A stretch of 64,000 nucleotides of DNA from Schmidtea polychroa (GCA_044892525.1 CM097885.1:15006001-15070000); one strand, 5' to 3'; positions 12,986 through 28,052 are shown, counted from the first letter of the stretch. Made by a program: numbers and translations. Notes: generated by a model not told the origin, from the sequence alone.

Positions 12986-14128
12986 CAGAGCCGCATTTGC
13001 TCTTGAGGCGGCCCAATGCTAAAAATCTTATTGGACCCTTTTATAATTTATTCGCTGTTGTACCCGGCTTCGCCCGAGTTTACATTTATTATAATAATTC
13101 ATTTAAATTAAATTTTGTTTAATGATGTTATCACGTTCCAGTATTAATTTTATAACAGCTTCAATTCCATGTTTAATTCACAGTAAGAAAAGCTTTCAGA
13201 ATTAATTTCAATTTGTAAAATCGAAAAATAACTGGCAATATATTTCCAATTGCAAACTGGTTCACTAATCAAATAAAATTCAAATTCTCCATGTTTGAAT
13301 TCTGCTTTGACTAAATTATATTACTTTCAACTGCAAGTAGCAAGCATATAATAAATTATTATTTATATGGTAAATTGCTGACCGGAAAGACAAACAAACA
13401 GACTTAGGGTACCCTATGGGTGGTGATCTCGAGTTTAAACATAGCCTATGACCTGTCTCGAGTCAAATGAGGGTCACATGCAAAATTTCAGCACCCTTGG
13501 TCCAACGGTGGGGAATTCTATGGGTAACAGACAAACAAACTTTCATCTTTATATATTAGATTTGTAGTTTATTTATAGCATTTTGTTAAATTACCAAATA
13601 AATAACACTAAAAGAATGGAGAGGTCATTTATGGACAGTAAAACAACATATTTTTCTTTCACTTCATAACTCTAGTATTTACTCAATGACTATGGAAAAC
13701 AATACTTTGTTATGATTTTAAAGGAGATGGGTCACAAATTCGAGCTGGAAGGAATTTTATCATTTAAAATCATGTAATTTTGTGTAGAAAGAACTATTTG
13801 CACTAATCCTTAGAGTGTTTTGTCAGAAAGTATATTTTAGCAACTGCAACTTGTTTATTTAAACATGTAATTTGATCCCGAGAAAGAGATAAATATTGAA
13901 ATAGCAAAAGAGCAAAATATTTGATAATGAAGAGAAAGTAGGAAAAATCAATTAAAAGTACAAATTTCCAAAATCAATATTTATCAGTGAAACATTTATA
14001 AACAGAGAGCAAGTGAAAAGATTAACATGAATGCAATAGTTTTAAATTGTTGAGAGGTTGTTGGTCAATATTATTTAAGAAATCCAAATCCAGCTTTGTA
14101 AATCTGCCTAAGGGTAAATCCAGACCTG
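12986..14128. mobile_element. Non-autonomous hAT element with a nested Helitron
   Basis: Perfect 8-bp TSD CTTATGAT (12978-12985 and 14129-14136); imperfect TIRs CAGAGCCGCATTT / CAGGTCTGGATTT. Confidence 0.85.
13051..13561 (-). mobile_element. Non-autonomous Helitron (Lep1-like layout)
   Basis: Minus strand starts (A)TCTAATATATAAAG followed by a GTTT/GTCT microsatellite, and ends with the GC hairpin CTCGGGCGAAGCCGGG plus a decayed CTRR end. Confidence 0.7.
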
Positions 14129-15203
14129 CTTATGATATGCTCGTAGTCCAAACTATTATTGTCATAAGCATTAAAATGTAGAATCAATGTGAATTGGTTA
14201 TTATTGACAATAGAATCCTTGAAATTACTGTATTGGAAATAAAACTTATTTGATTTAATTTAAAGGGCACTTAGAGTCAGACTACAAATTGTTTCCCGCT
14301 GAATTTATTTAATTACCCAACATTAATTACGTTTTCTAACAACAGTTAAAATTAAAATTTATATAATTTACAATTTCTTTCTGGGTGAATAGTAAAGTTT
14401 TTTTGCATTTGAAATTTGTTAAACCTAAAGTAAATAAAAAGAACTGAAGAGTTCAAAATAAATTCTTCGTGGACTCCAAATTTCATTGAAAAAGAAATTT
14501 CTTTATTATGAATTTAAATGTATTGAACTCGTTCAATCAAAATCAAAATATTCACGAAAAAAGTAGAGAATAATATATGTACACTTAAATCTCCTGATTT
14601 TTGATACTCCCTCACCTTATGCATACATTCGCAATACGGCCTTACAGTATAGGAATGCAATAAGTAGCCAATGTTTTTAATATTAGTTTTAAGAATGAAA
14701 TTCTAGAATAGTTCTCATTTAGTATCTATAATACTTTATTGTCTCATAAGCAGGATAAAGTTTACCAAAAATAATAGTTCTGATCTGTTTCTGGAACCAC
14801 TATTAGAAAGAACATAAAAATTAGTCAAATATAAATCAAAAATAATCAAAAAAGGTTTTAATATCATTCACATTTCCATACAAGATAAAATCTAAAATCC
14901 TTAGCATTATTTTTTGGATAGATTGTATAGTGAATCCGCATATCAGCGAGATATATTGTTATATATTACATAATCGATTATCTCACCTTGTCATTAAATT
15001 AACTTGATTGAGTAATTAACTATTTAGTAATAGGAAAGATTATTTTACATAAGATAAAATTACTAATGATAAAAATCAAAATATATTAATAAATTTTTGA
15101 CAAGTATTAGTTATGACCGCATTCACTGCTAAGATAAATTCCTATACAAAAAATCAAAAAATTTCACTATGAATCAAAAAATTATTTGGCAATTATAATT
15201 TGA

Positions 15204-15380
<177 letters not shown>

Positions 15381-15402
15381 TAATACTGTAAATATATTTT
15401 AG

Positions 15403-15515
15403 GAACAAATGATAAAGCCGGAGGCCCATATTATGTGCTAAAATTTGCATCTTTACAATCACTGAAAATACAAATTGCACCTAACCAATCTTGGAGACAA
15501 ATCCACATGGAATAA
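15403..15515 (+). CDS. ALDH4A1: P5C dehydrogenase last exon
   Basis: GTNDKAGGPYYVLKF...IHME*, after a 39-nt GT-AG intron. Confidence 0.9.
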
Positions 15516-15628
15516 ATTTGATACTATTTAATATTTTAAAAGTTAAAAATAAAAGTCATTGTTTCTAAAATTAAAACAAAAACTAGAAAATAAAACAAAT
15601 TCCATGTTTCAATATTTATTCAAAACAT

Positions 15629-17023
15629 TTACTTTTTACCCTTAACGGCTTTACCTTTAGCTGCTTCAGGGGCTTTTTTGTTAACATTCTTGATGACACC
15701 GACAGCAACGGTTTGTTTCATGTCACGAACGGCAAAACGTCCCAATGGGGGGAATTCCATGAAAGTTTCAACGCACATTGGTTTAGATGGAACCATCTTA
15801 ACGATGGCTGAGTCACCAGATTTCAATTGTTTTGGAGCGTCTTCTACTTCTTTACCAGTACGACGATCAATCTTTTTCAAGAATTCAGCGAATTTGCAGG
15901 CAATGTGAGCAGTGTGACAATCGAGAACTGGGGTGTATCCTTCATGGATTTGACCTGGGTGGTTCATTACGATAACCTGAGCTTCGAAGTCGACTGCTCC
16001 CAATGCTGGTGCGTTCTTACTGTCACTGCAAACGTTTCCTCTTTTGATATCTTTAACTGAAACGTTCTTGACGTTGAACCCAACGTTGTCTCCAGGAACT
16101 GCTTCAGGAATTGATTCGTGGTGCATTTCGACTGATTTAACTTCAGTGGTTAAACCGTGTGGGGCAAAGGAGACAACCATGCCTGGTTTGATTACACCTG
16201 TTTCAACTCGGCCAACTGGAACTGTTCCAATACCTCCAATCTTGTAGACATCTTGGAGAGGCAATCTCAATGGTTTTTCAGTTGGTCTGGCTGGTGGATC
16301 AATAGCATCCATAGCTTCCAATAGGGTAACTCCAGTGAGGCTTTCTTCCTTTTTGGTAGCTCCGTTCTTTCTCTTGATGGTCCATCCCTTGAACCATGCC
16401 ATATTGGTGCTTGGGGTAACCATGTTGTCTCCTACCCATCCAGAAATTGGAACGAAGGCGACAGAGTCTGGATTGTATCCAACCTTTTTGATGTAACCAG
16501 ATACTTCTTTTTTGATTTCGTTGTATCGGCTTTCACTGTATGGTGGTTCGGTTGAATCGATTTTGTTGATACCGACGATCATTTGCTTGACACCTAAGGT
16601 GTATGCAAGTAAAGCGTGTTCTCTAGTTTGACCGTTCTTTGAGATACCGGCTTCGAATTCACCGACACCAGCAGCTACAATCAAAACAGCACAATCGGCT
16701 TGAGATGTTCCGGTGATCATGTTTTTAATGAAATCACGATGGCCTGGTGCGTCAATGACGGTGACGTAGTAGTTTGAGGTTTCGAATTTCCAAAGAGCAA
16801 TATCAATGGTGATACCTCTTTCTCTTTCGGCCTTGAGTTTATCCAAAACCCAGGCGTATTTGAAGGAACCTTTGCCCATATCTTGAGCTTCCTTTTCGAA
16901 CTTCTCAATAGTTCTCTTGTCGATACCTCCACATTTGTAGATCATGTGTCCGGTAGATGTGGATTTGCCACTGTCGACGTGTCCAATGACAACGATATTG
17001 ATGTGAGTTTTATCGCAAACCAT
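15629..17023 (-). CDS. EF1A: Translation elongation factor 1-alpha (464 aa, no CDS introns)
   Basis: [17 protein letters not shown] and [11 protein letters not shown] motifs. A probable 49-nt 5'UTR intron lies at 17027-17075 (GTAAG...TTTTAG). Confidence 0.99.
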   Translation of the reverse strand: MVCDKTHINIVVIGHVDSGKSTSTGHMIYKCGGIDKRTIEKFEKEAQDMGKGSFKYAWVLDKLKAERERGITIDIALWKFETSNYYVTVIDAPGHRDFIKNMITGTSQADCAVLIVAAGVGEFEAGISKNGQTREHALLAYTLGVKQMIVGINKIDSTEPPYSESRYNEIKKEVSGYIKKVGYNPDSVAFVPISGWVGDNMVTPSTNMAWFKGWTIKRKNGATKKEESLTGVTLLEAMDAIDPPARPTEKPLRLPLQDVYKIGGIGTVPVGRVETGVIKPGMVVSFAPHGLTTEVKSVEMHHESIPEAVPGDNVGFNVKNVSVKDIKRGNVCSDSKNAPALGAVDFEAQVIVMNHPGQIHEGYTPVLDCHTAHIACKFAEFLKKIDRRTGKEVEDAPKQLKSGDSAIVKMVPSKPMCVETFMEFPPLGRFAVRDMKQTVAVGVIKNVNKKAPEAAKGKAVKGKK

Positions 17024-18289
17024 ATTCTAAAATTCAATTTAAGTTTTGTTAATAACCAATGAATAGAAATCTTACTCAATATTTGATTTTCAGAAAATAG
17101 ATTTACAACCGTTTAATTTAAACAAAATTGTAATTTAATTTTTGATAATATATTTTAACATTTAAATTAAATAGGTTTAATTTTTGATTAAATGATTTAA
17201 TTTATGTGAAAATGTAATTGTAATTAATAAATTATTTTTATTAGGATTTTAAAAGCTTCAAATTAAATATTAATTTAATTTTTGATAATATTATTTTATC
17301 TTTAAAAATAGTAATGGTAATTTGTAAATTATTTTTTATCTGGAAACTATCAATGCATTAATGAACGTTTTTATACTTTTTATCAAATTCTCTTATCCTC
17401 TTACACGTGAAATTACTAACCGTCTTTTTTGAAAATTCGCTTCCCAAATATTTCAATGCCATTTTGAAAAATTTGATTTGATAACAAATTGGTTTGGTGA
17501 TTTAATGATTGATTGGTGATGCGTTTTATGTCACTGTACAATTGCTGTCCAGATGTGTAAATTTCAAATAGGAAACCACTACAAAACTTATTGTTATAAT
17601 TATGAAAATATGGCTAAGCGCTTATATGTCACTATTAGTGTCAACTTGGTACAAACTTAAAATTTAATTTGTTTTGTGTCGTGGAAAGTACTATAATATA
17701 TTTTATTCATTGCATATGTAATGCTTTTAAATAAAAATAATGTTGCACTGTCATAAAGTTACGAATTCTATTTGCATAACAGTATTTGTAAAATGTACTT
17801 TCGTAGATCTCTTGTTAATCAACTATGTTTCACTCGAATAAGTAGTAGTAATTATTTACATGTAATTTGAACTGTGAATGTCTTATAAGCACGTTCGCTG
17901 CAACGCATGTTTTGCTCAGGGGCTAAAGTAGAAATTCTTTAAAGGTTTTAGCCTATGTTATTTACTTAAAAATTCTGAAAGCGATCATAGAATCGATTAA
18001 AGGTGATTACTCTGAGCCACTGAGAGGACATGCGTGAGAGGGATGTTAGTAATTTGTTAGTTGATTATTTGAAGGTCTACTATAATGAGCCATTAATTGA
18101 ATTTTACAAATAATTAACTACTTGTTAATTAATTATAAACTGTTGATCTGATTCTTGGCATCACCCAACAGAATGAAAAATCACAACAATCCCAACATTT
18201 TTTTGAAACATTGATTTCCAAATTAATAAAAATTTGAGGTTGCATCAATTTCTTCAAATTTATACTTCTTTGCCTAATTACTGACTATC

Positions 18290-18640
18290 GTCCACCCAAT
18301 CTGTAACAAAATAAAATAATCAGTGATCCAACTTTTATTCTTATGATGATGAATTTGTTCTAGATTATCATTTCTATATTCTCAATCTTGCACCTAGAAA
18401 CTTTTATCTATTTAGGCATATGAAGAAACATTTTCCAGTGAAAATCTGCCAAGATCCTGCAGATGTACAACAGGATGTAAAACCTTTCTTGAAAAATCAA
18501 AAAAGCTTTTTAAGAACTCTTTCATTGCTGAGGAAATATTGTTGACCACAATAGGCAATATATTGAAAAATAAACCCTACATAATCTAGTTTTACTTAAG
18601 CTAAAATATACCGGTCCTGGTTGTTTTCTTTAGCACCTAG
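18290..18640 (+). mobile_element. mariner 3' remnant
   Basis: Translates as NLAPRNFYLFRHMKKHF, a decayed YSPDLAPSDFYLF motif. Confidence 0.5.
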
Positions 18641-20332
18641 TTCTGGTACCTATTAAACGCATTAAACGCATTTCTGCGTTCTATTTCATTACAAAGTTAA
18701 TAATAATCAAAATATGTGAAAAATTAATAGACAAACCTCTTAATATGGGATATTTGTCAACCGTTAACACTCAAGTTGACGAAAATTTTGACAGTTAATG
18801 ACAAGGAAGAAAATAGCAGAGAAATAGACAAATGGGATTCGCAAAGAAATTACTGAGAAATTGTTGAGAAATGGAGCAAAATACAGTCAGAACACCAAAT
18901 GGCGTGATTCATTGGAAATGGTTTGCAACAAAATGAGAGTGCGCCAATTTGTGATTATCCAATATTATGTGGTTTATTATTAAATTTAAAATCGTTAAAA
19001 CTTTTAAAGTATTCTTTCATTTGAAACGTTAAGCTTGCCGTAGCTTGAGATAACCTTTTGATATTCCTAATTTTAATCGTACAGTGTCATATTTGGCATA
19101 AACAATATCTAGATATATGTAGTAAATTTTATTTTTATTATTTTTAGCAGCAATTTTCTGAATTTTCTGAATAAAATATCTAAAATTTCACCCAAAATGA
19201 GTTATCAATAGAATTAATTGTATCTAGAATTACATGAACTCTAAGTGCCATATGAAAGCATGGAGTATAAATGAGCGGTTAGTTCGAATGCCTGAAGAAG
19301 AAAACACCCTTCACACCATCAATATATTCAAACTAATTCATTTTTAACAAAAAAAACATTCATTTAGTTTTGTGGGGTTATTGGGTTGTTGATAAAACTT
19401 TAAATTTCTTAATCTGACTCCAAGCGTGTCTTTGACTGACCCACAGATAACACTTGACAACAGAAATCCCAAATAACTTTCACTTTACACTGACAATAAA
19501 TTCAACACTCGGCTTGGTGACTATACTATGCTTGTTACAACACTCAGTGAGGAATAGCACTTGTGTATAACACCGGATTGAAAGATCAATAATTATTGAT
19601 TGGTTTATCAACTGGGACTTTGAGCTGGTTGTTTTCTTTGACCTTCTTCACAACTTTATTCAAATACTCGAGTAACTTCTTTTCGTCTAATTTGTCAACT
19701 AATTCTTTTCTTCAAATCTTCTCCAATAATTATTTTTCACAAATCGATTCTCCAATAACGTTTCGTCAGACGTTGTCTAATTTTGTCTCCCAAATTTATC
19801 TGAATTTGTGTCCACCAATTTCCATTTATATAGTTTGTTTTATTTGTGGCACTGGAGACAGATTTTGTTTTTCCATTTTCATTTTCCTCTGTGTTCCCCA
19901 CTACGTCAGCCTTATCTCTGAGAGATGTCGAGATATTTTCCCTTTTACTTTTTTGTTAAGCCGCCTTCTCCCGGCAACTCCGCTATCTTTGACAAGCTGT
20001 CGAGATACGGATTTTTTCCATATTTTGTTTTTCTGGAATTAGAAATTCCACCTTCATTTGTACTTCTAAATTAACAATGACCTTTGTCTTAATTTCTTGT
20101 TTGTTTTCCTTTATTTGATTTATTTTTCTCTTTTTATTATTTCTTTTTACTTCCGCTTTCTTTTCTGAGTTCCCATAGATCGTCCCGTTTGTCATGACGA
20201 TCTTCCTCCAGGTAATTTATTTATTTATTATGCTATTTATCATTTAGGTATCCTCAACAGTTTTAACCAAGCTCATTTTATATAAACTGAAGATTAAATT
20301 TTTTTCATTAATTTTCTTGAAATAATTTAATG

Positions 20333-21993
20333 CCGTGTTTCTTTTAATGATAGACATGTCTTGTATTTATTTTTGCGAGGAAAATCTTCAAAAATCGTGT
20401 TAGGTCTTATTTTCGAGGTTGGTCTTATATTTTTTAAAAATTAAAATAAAAATTAAAAAGTTATTAATAAAAATTTCAATAAAGAGATTATTTTATTCTA
20501 GAACAGCCATTTCATCATCTTCTAGAAAATCATCATGATTACTCACCTTACTCACCTTTTGGATTCCAGCTCTTGGAAAGTAATTGGTCTAAATCGTTCC
20601 TGCTAAGCTATTGAGCTATCATTGAATGAATTTTTTTATCCAAATATCCAACTTTTAAAGCATTTAAAACACACTGATCATTAATCTTATCCCAGATCTT
20701 TTTAACCAGTCTATGATTTCATATAAACTTGGTCTGATAAAATTTCAACGAGTATTTCTTTCTTGTCGATTTTCAATGAAATCTTTAATTTCTGTTCTCA
20801 AACCATCTTTAAATATCTTGTTGATGACGGTATCAAGGCTCTGCAAATATGCACTCATACTGAATGGTATCATCATTTGATCAATTTTTCTTTCTAAAAG
20901 AAAATATTTGATATCTTTAGCACAATAAGTGCTAGCTGAATCCCAAATTAACATACCCCTTTTACCACTACAAAATACTGGAGACAAAACGAAATCCCCC
21001 CATTTTCTTATTGCAGCCTAGGTGCACCAAGCTTTTCGGTCTCAATAACATAAATGCCCCAAATACATTCGATTCTGTCTTTTTTGCCTTTCAAGATTAA
21101 TAATGGTGTAAGTTTTTGACCGTTTAAGCACATAGGTTAATCTCATATTTTCATATTCCGTTGAAGGAAGATAAATCGAAGAGGCTCCTTTGAAATCAAT
21201 CGTTGCCTGAGTTGTTTGTGCCATGAATACAACCTGTTTCATCCATGACGATCATATTGGATGGTTGATATTGGGGAAAATCTATCGAATCAATGAATGA
21301 TTTGAAAGCTATTGCACGTCGGATAATTTCACCATCTTACAATTAAAATAAATTTGTCGATTTTCGTCAAAACTCATAAATCTTTAAAAACCATCAATCC
21401 AACACTGAGGAACCTTAAAATCATTGAGAGAGATATCAATTTGCGATGCAAGTGAAAGAGAAAATGTTTGTATGTCTGCTCACCGTACTACAGGAGTATT
21501 TGCTCTTCGTCAAACAACCCATTCAAACACGATGTCTTCCAGCTCTGTTTTTTTTCACTTCTTTTATTTGAATATTGAAGCACTTTATCTTATTGAGCAC
21601 ACCATTTTCTAAGTCTATTTTTTTTTCTTTACAAAATCCGAAAGATCCTTGTTTATAGATTTATCCACTATTTTCTTTTTGCATTCGACTGAATAGTTAT
21701 ATCACTTGTTTATATTCGTCATTTAATATGGATAACATTTTTATCAAAATATTGAAATTGTAAAAAAATTAATCAAAATAGATTTCATTTCATTTTCTCG
21801 TTATTATTAGTTTATTATAAAATCATATTGGTGGTAATTTATTAACGCTGATTTTTAATTGCTATTTCCGATAACTATCGACTGGCTCTTATTTTCAATG
21901 TAGGTCTTTTATTAATTATTTTAAGAAAAATCTTCAAAAAATCGTGCTAGGTCATATATTTTAGAGCGAGGTCTATCTTTCGAAGGAATACGG
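20333..21993 (-). mobile_element. Decayed pogo-family transposon
   Basis: Imperfect TIRs CCGTGTTTCTTTTAATGATAGAC / CCGTATTCCTTCGAAAGATAGAC; DDE_1 fragments NMIVMDET, LIWDSAS and YLQSLDTVINKIFKD. Confidence 0.8.
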
Positions 21994-22748
21994 TATCATT
22001 GCGGGTGTCAATGAGAGAATCTTCATTTCTTTTCAGCCTATTGATCGATTTTTTGTTTCTGATTTTTATAGAAAAATATTTATCTGCAGTGTGTAAAGAA
22101 ATGAAGATTGGAAATATAAATCAATCAAGGATTAAAAAGATTTTATTAATAGGAAAGCAGAAATAAATAACGCTGTTAGTAAGTAGTATATAATATTAAT
22201 TCAAAAATCCGCAAATATATTAAATCACAATAAAATTTACAAGTAATATATTTTCAGTGATAAAAAAATTCTAAGATGGGATTGTTGTCATCAATTAACT
22301 GTTAATGTTGATCTGAAAAATAGAAAAAATCTCCATAAGTTTCATCGAAATCAATTGCGATAGTATATGTACCCATCTCTAACTTAGAGTATCCTGATGT
22401 AATTTCAAATTTCCTCTGGTCAATTCCGGCTTCGTGATACTGAGACTTTACGCTTATCACTGTTAGCTTGCACAGGAAGCTTGAGTTCTCTAATGCTTTT
22501 CAGATTTAATTTCTTTTTTTTCATTGGTAAAACTGAAATAGAAAAAAAATTAAATATCAAACCATATTTTCTTGTTCTTCTGTTTTAATTAAAATTTTGC
22601 CATGATTCTTGGTAATACTCGCCGATTTTTGTCGGGGATCACAGGAGTCCCATTTTGTTCTTTGATTTTTGGAGATTCCTCTACAATCATGCCATGGTGT
22701 CGGTAGGCTGAAAATATGATTTCAAAAGTTCATACAATAAATAGAGAT

Positions 22749-23545
22749 TAGGGTTGTTAAACGAAAATCGGAAATCCGATTTTCGATTTTGAAAACGATT
22801 ATCGGTTTCTTTATTTCACAAAACGATAATCGGTTTTGTTTGTCTTTTACATATACAGATAAATTGAATGCCGGGAATTTAATTTTGTTCATTGTTTACT
22901 TCTGTATCCATTCAATTTTACTGACAGAAAGGGGCAGTTTTTTTCAACTCGCCAAAACTCCTTACAACGTGTTTGTACATGAGTCAATCTTTTCAATTAT
23001 CCCATTCCTGCAACCTCAGTGCAATCGGAACGATTATTTTTGGCCACTGGATGTCTGATAACCAAGCTTCGTAACCGGCTCCTCCCAGATCATGCAGAAT
23101 TTTTGGTCTTTTTGAATATGAACCAGGACTTGTCTGATATTTAAAAATAAAATCGAATTTAGTACTTACTTTTAAATGTTTACACTTTGGAATCTTTGTT
23201 TTTGATATCTATGGTTTTGATATGTTTATGTTTAATTTTAAAATAAGGCCGCCGCAGCACCGGAAAGTTTTATTTTGATTTATACTTTAGTATATACAGG
23301 GAAAATTACCGAAGAAATTGAAAACAAATTTACTTATATGCTTTAACTTTTTACATAAACAGTCAGTTCATATTCTCCTTGTGTGTGGTATAAACTTTGA
23401 ATAAAACTAATTATACTATACACGTGCGTGAATAGTAATAATGTAAGTAGCTTTGGTTATGCAAAGTGCAAACGATAATCGGTTTAAAATCGGATTTATA
23501 CAAACGATAATCGGATTGCTCGAAAAACCGATATTAACAACCCTA
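22749..23545. mobile_element. Non-autonomous hAT element
   Basis: TIRs TAGGGTTGTTAA; perfect 8-bp TSD ATAGAGAT; subterminal CGATAATCGG repeats. Confidence 0.92.
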
Positions 23546-24100
23546 ATAGAGATAAGATTTTGATAAGATTCCTAGATATTTGACTAATGACGCAATACGA
23601 TGTTACGTGATTACGCAACGACACAGCAATTTTTATATATATTGAAATGCATATCTAATTTTTACATGATATTGTTGATAAAATTATCTAAATTTAATCA
23701 AAAACTTAATTTAACATAGATCAGAATTGATTTAAATTTGCAAATTTAACAGTTATGATTAATTTATAAATAAATAAATATGAAAATTATTGAATCTAAA
23801 AAAGATCAAAGGTGAAACCAAAAAATAAATATAAATACATTTATAATAATTTATAATAATAATATAAGAAATCCGTCAAGGAGATCACAAAGATGACAAA
23901 CAGGGATTACTGTTGTATGTACGTTCGAAATTTTTGTTGACGTTGGCATAGTTATGTATAGATCACTACAATTACAGATATAGTTACCGGTATAGTTACA
24001 TTGCAAATTAATATTCTCATGAAAACTGTTATTATAAATTCTGTCACTACATCACGTGATTTTTCACAGGTTATGGCTAGTTTTTTTTTAAATTAAAATA

Positions 24101-24289
24101 CCGTATTAACCCGGATATAACAAGACATTTTTTAACATTTTATTTTTATTAAATAATATACTCGCGCTAAATTCGGGGTTTAAGTAATGTAATTTAAATA
24201 ATGACATTAATTTTCATTTTTTATGAGTATTATTTTTCTAAAAATCTTTATGAAGATTTTGGTGTCACGTTATATTCGGGTTAATACTG
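24101..24289. mobile_element. pogo-type MITE
   Basis: TIRs CCGTATTAACCCGGATATAAC / CAGTATTAACCCGAATATAAC with TA flanks. Confidence 0.85.
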
Positions 24290-25120
24290 TAGTTTATTTC
24301 AAACAAATTACTTTAAAAAGTTAGATAATAATTCATTTATTGAATATTTGAGTCTGATTGATAATGTTTTTGATTGGATTTAATATTTGGGATAATAATT
24401 GGAAAATTCTACATGATAATGCAGCAAAGATGCCAGCCATTGGAATAAGGACGGGACAATATAAAAGTTAAATTTTAGAGAGAACGCGATATAAACATTT
24501 GTCGAAATGCTAACCAGCAACATGCATTTAAAGATATATATTACTCGAATATTATTATTATACATCATTTTAGTGACATACAACTAATTCGAATAAAGAT
24601 TTTATTCAAAGGGACACTGAAATAAATAATGAATATATATGCTCCAGTAGTCAATGTTCCAACGAAAGCACATACACCTGATCTGGCGATTGTACGGAGA
24701 TTGTTGATGATCTTGAATTTTAGCATGTAATCTCCAGTATCGTACGATGTGAAAGTATTTGGATCTCTGTCTGGAATAACTTTGTTAATTAACTGTTTTC
24801 GTAACGAATTTTATCAGGATAATCGCTAGAATTAAAAATTAGTGTTCCAAGATAAATTTTTTGGGTCGAATAGATGATGTTGATGATCAAGATCATCATC
24901 ATAGAGATCATAGCTAAGAAAACGAAGGCTTCAGTTTCTTGAATGTCTGGAATATTTTCTTTATTGGTTCTGATGAGATTTAATGATTGGAAAGTTGAAT
25001 GATTCATTAATTGTTTTTTTTATTGATTTTGATTTTTGAAAAAAAGTGAAGATTATTTAAACACTGATTTTAATTTGATTTAGTTACAATTAATTTAATT
25101 TTAATTTAATTAATTCAAAA

Positions 25121-25293
25121 TATAAAGTGATGATTTCTTGGTAGCAGCATTTATTATTTAAAACAATAAAGTGATAATTTAAGCCTTTTGCTGCGAATAA
25201 TGCATGTATTGAAAAAATTTTCGACTAATGATAAGGACTATCTTATAGTTGAAATTTTTCTATAAATACATTATTCACCGCAAACGGCTTAAT
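25121..25293. mobile_element. Inverted pair of family-2 short repeats with a hammerhead remnant
   Basis: Same sequence as 29710-29826 (+) and 54601-54709 (-). The centre reads TGATAA-G-GACTAT(ctt)ATAGTT-GAAA. Confidence 0.65.
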
Positions 25294-25654
25294 TTAATTA
25301 ATTTAATAATATATTTTAAGTTCAATTATTAAATTGATAAAAGTGGGAGTCAGAGGCACTACAATCATTATTATAATTCATAACACCCTTAAGATGATAA
25401 AATTTAGAACTTTTATTGATTGTTATTAAAAAATACCTGCTCTGAAAATAAAAAAATATACTCGAATTATTCAACATATAAATAAATTTTATCCCTATTA
25501 AAAAATTTGAAATTTCTTTTCGTTATTTTGTCAAAATAAATAAATAAAGAATTAAAAAATAAAACAGATTAGAGGTGACCAAAAGATCATAGATTTTACT
25601 TGCATTAAAATCTTTAGTAAATGCTAGTAAAACCGTGTCTAAGCAGTTTAGCAC

Positions 25655-25779
<125 letters not shown>

Positions 25780-26732
25780 GGGTTTTATTAATTAAAGTCG
25801 GTAACCTCTGACTCCACATGTCCCTTTAATTGAAAATCACCACTAACAGACTATCCAACGTATATATAAATCACAAAAATATATTTCTCTTGATACAAAA
25901 TAATCAATAACCAAAATTTTAGGAGTTTGACCTTTGCTCGGTGTTGATACCTTGACAAAAGATAATATTCACCTTTTTCTTCCCTAGCGTCTTTGATCAC
26001 CTCTTTCCTTTTCTATTCGATTTAATTCTTTTCCACTTTTACGTATCCCCTGGTTCTATATTATATTTTTCCCTAAACTTCCTAATTTGTCTTTTCCCTT
26101 TGCTTACACTCGCTTTCTTCGAATTCCTAGCTGAGGATAAATACCGATTATTTTGAATTTCGACTTTGCTTTTATACTAAAATAATTACTTTGATTAATT
26201 GATTTTTGACTGGATTGCTTCTATTTGACAATGGTTTGACAACCGGTTCCTCGAATGTTGTTTGAACCATATCGTGATTAATTGCCTCCCTTTGTTAATC
26301 CTTCGTAGAATCTAAACTTGCTGTCATGATAATGGTCTTCCAAGATTCTCATTTTGTTTATTTTCTATGTTTATCGAGCTCGAGTTTCCTTCATCTCTCG
26401 GGTTCTCCATTGGTTCGGGTTTCCTATTAGCTCGGGTTTTCTATTAGCCAATTAATTAATTAATTAACGATTTTCTGAATACTTTTTGACCCTTTCTAAC
26501 CATTTTCTAATAAATCCTTAATCATCATCTTGTTGACCATTACCTAATCTATAACTGTCCCGTTTTTCCGATTCAATTTCGATAAATTTACAATTTATTG
26601 ATTTTTTCGGATTTTCAGATTTTTGCCTTTCGTGACTGTTTTACTATCAATTCTGTGCATGACCACGATTTTATTTATCTTTTTCATTCGACCTACATTA
26701 GATTTAAATTTATTTTAATTTACTGACCTCCA

Positions 26733-27363
<631 letters not shown>

Positions 27364-27861
27364 ACCGTCATCATCATTATATAATCATTTTAAACTCTCA
27401 AATAGGCATATTATCACAGAAAAACGCCGTGGAATTCATCATAAAATCAATTTCCCATTTGCAAAATTCATAAAGTCACCAAATTAGAATGGGTTTTCCG
27501 CCCAGATTATGCAATGAGATCACATGTTGCAAACAGGCTAAAAATCCCTAAAATCCAGGTATAGAACAATGTTTTCACAACTGGAATCTGTCGACACCTT
27601 TGCTGCACAAAATGCCGAGAATTGTTTTCTTTTCGCAATTTCGGATTGTATAAAGAAAACAAATGAACGCAAAGAAATTCTTTATTTATTAATGATAGCA
27701 CAATGATAAATAAAATATTTTTTAGCAATTACATCGGCTGCCTTATTGACACAGTTGCAGAATTGCAAAGTTAATATTTAATTTAAATGTATTTTTTTAT
27801 TTGCACCAACAGTTTTATGAAAAATTTTTAATTTTTAAATTTTTAAATTTACACCTATTTT

Positions 27862-27893
27862 TAATAATAATATTAATAATAATAATAATAATG

Positions 27894-27975
<82 letters not shown>

Positions 27976-27992
27976 TAATAATAATAATAATG

Positions 27993-28050
<58 letters not shown>
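27862..28050. repeat. (TAA)n microsatellite
   Basis: Direct inspection. Confidence 0.97.

Positions 28051-28052
<2 letters not shown>

Noticed and set aside
15678..16932. Small ORFs overlapping EF1A
   Set aside because: Antisense or alternate-frame shadows of a conserved CDS.
19340..20200. Possible solo LTR (similar texture at 25800-26700 and 35995-36530)
   Set aside because: TG...CA ends with a TSD, PBS or PPT could not be fixed.
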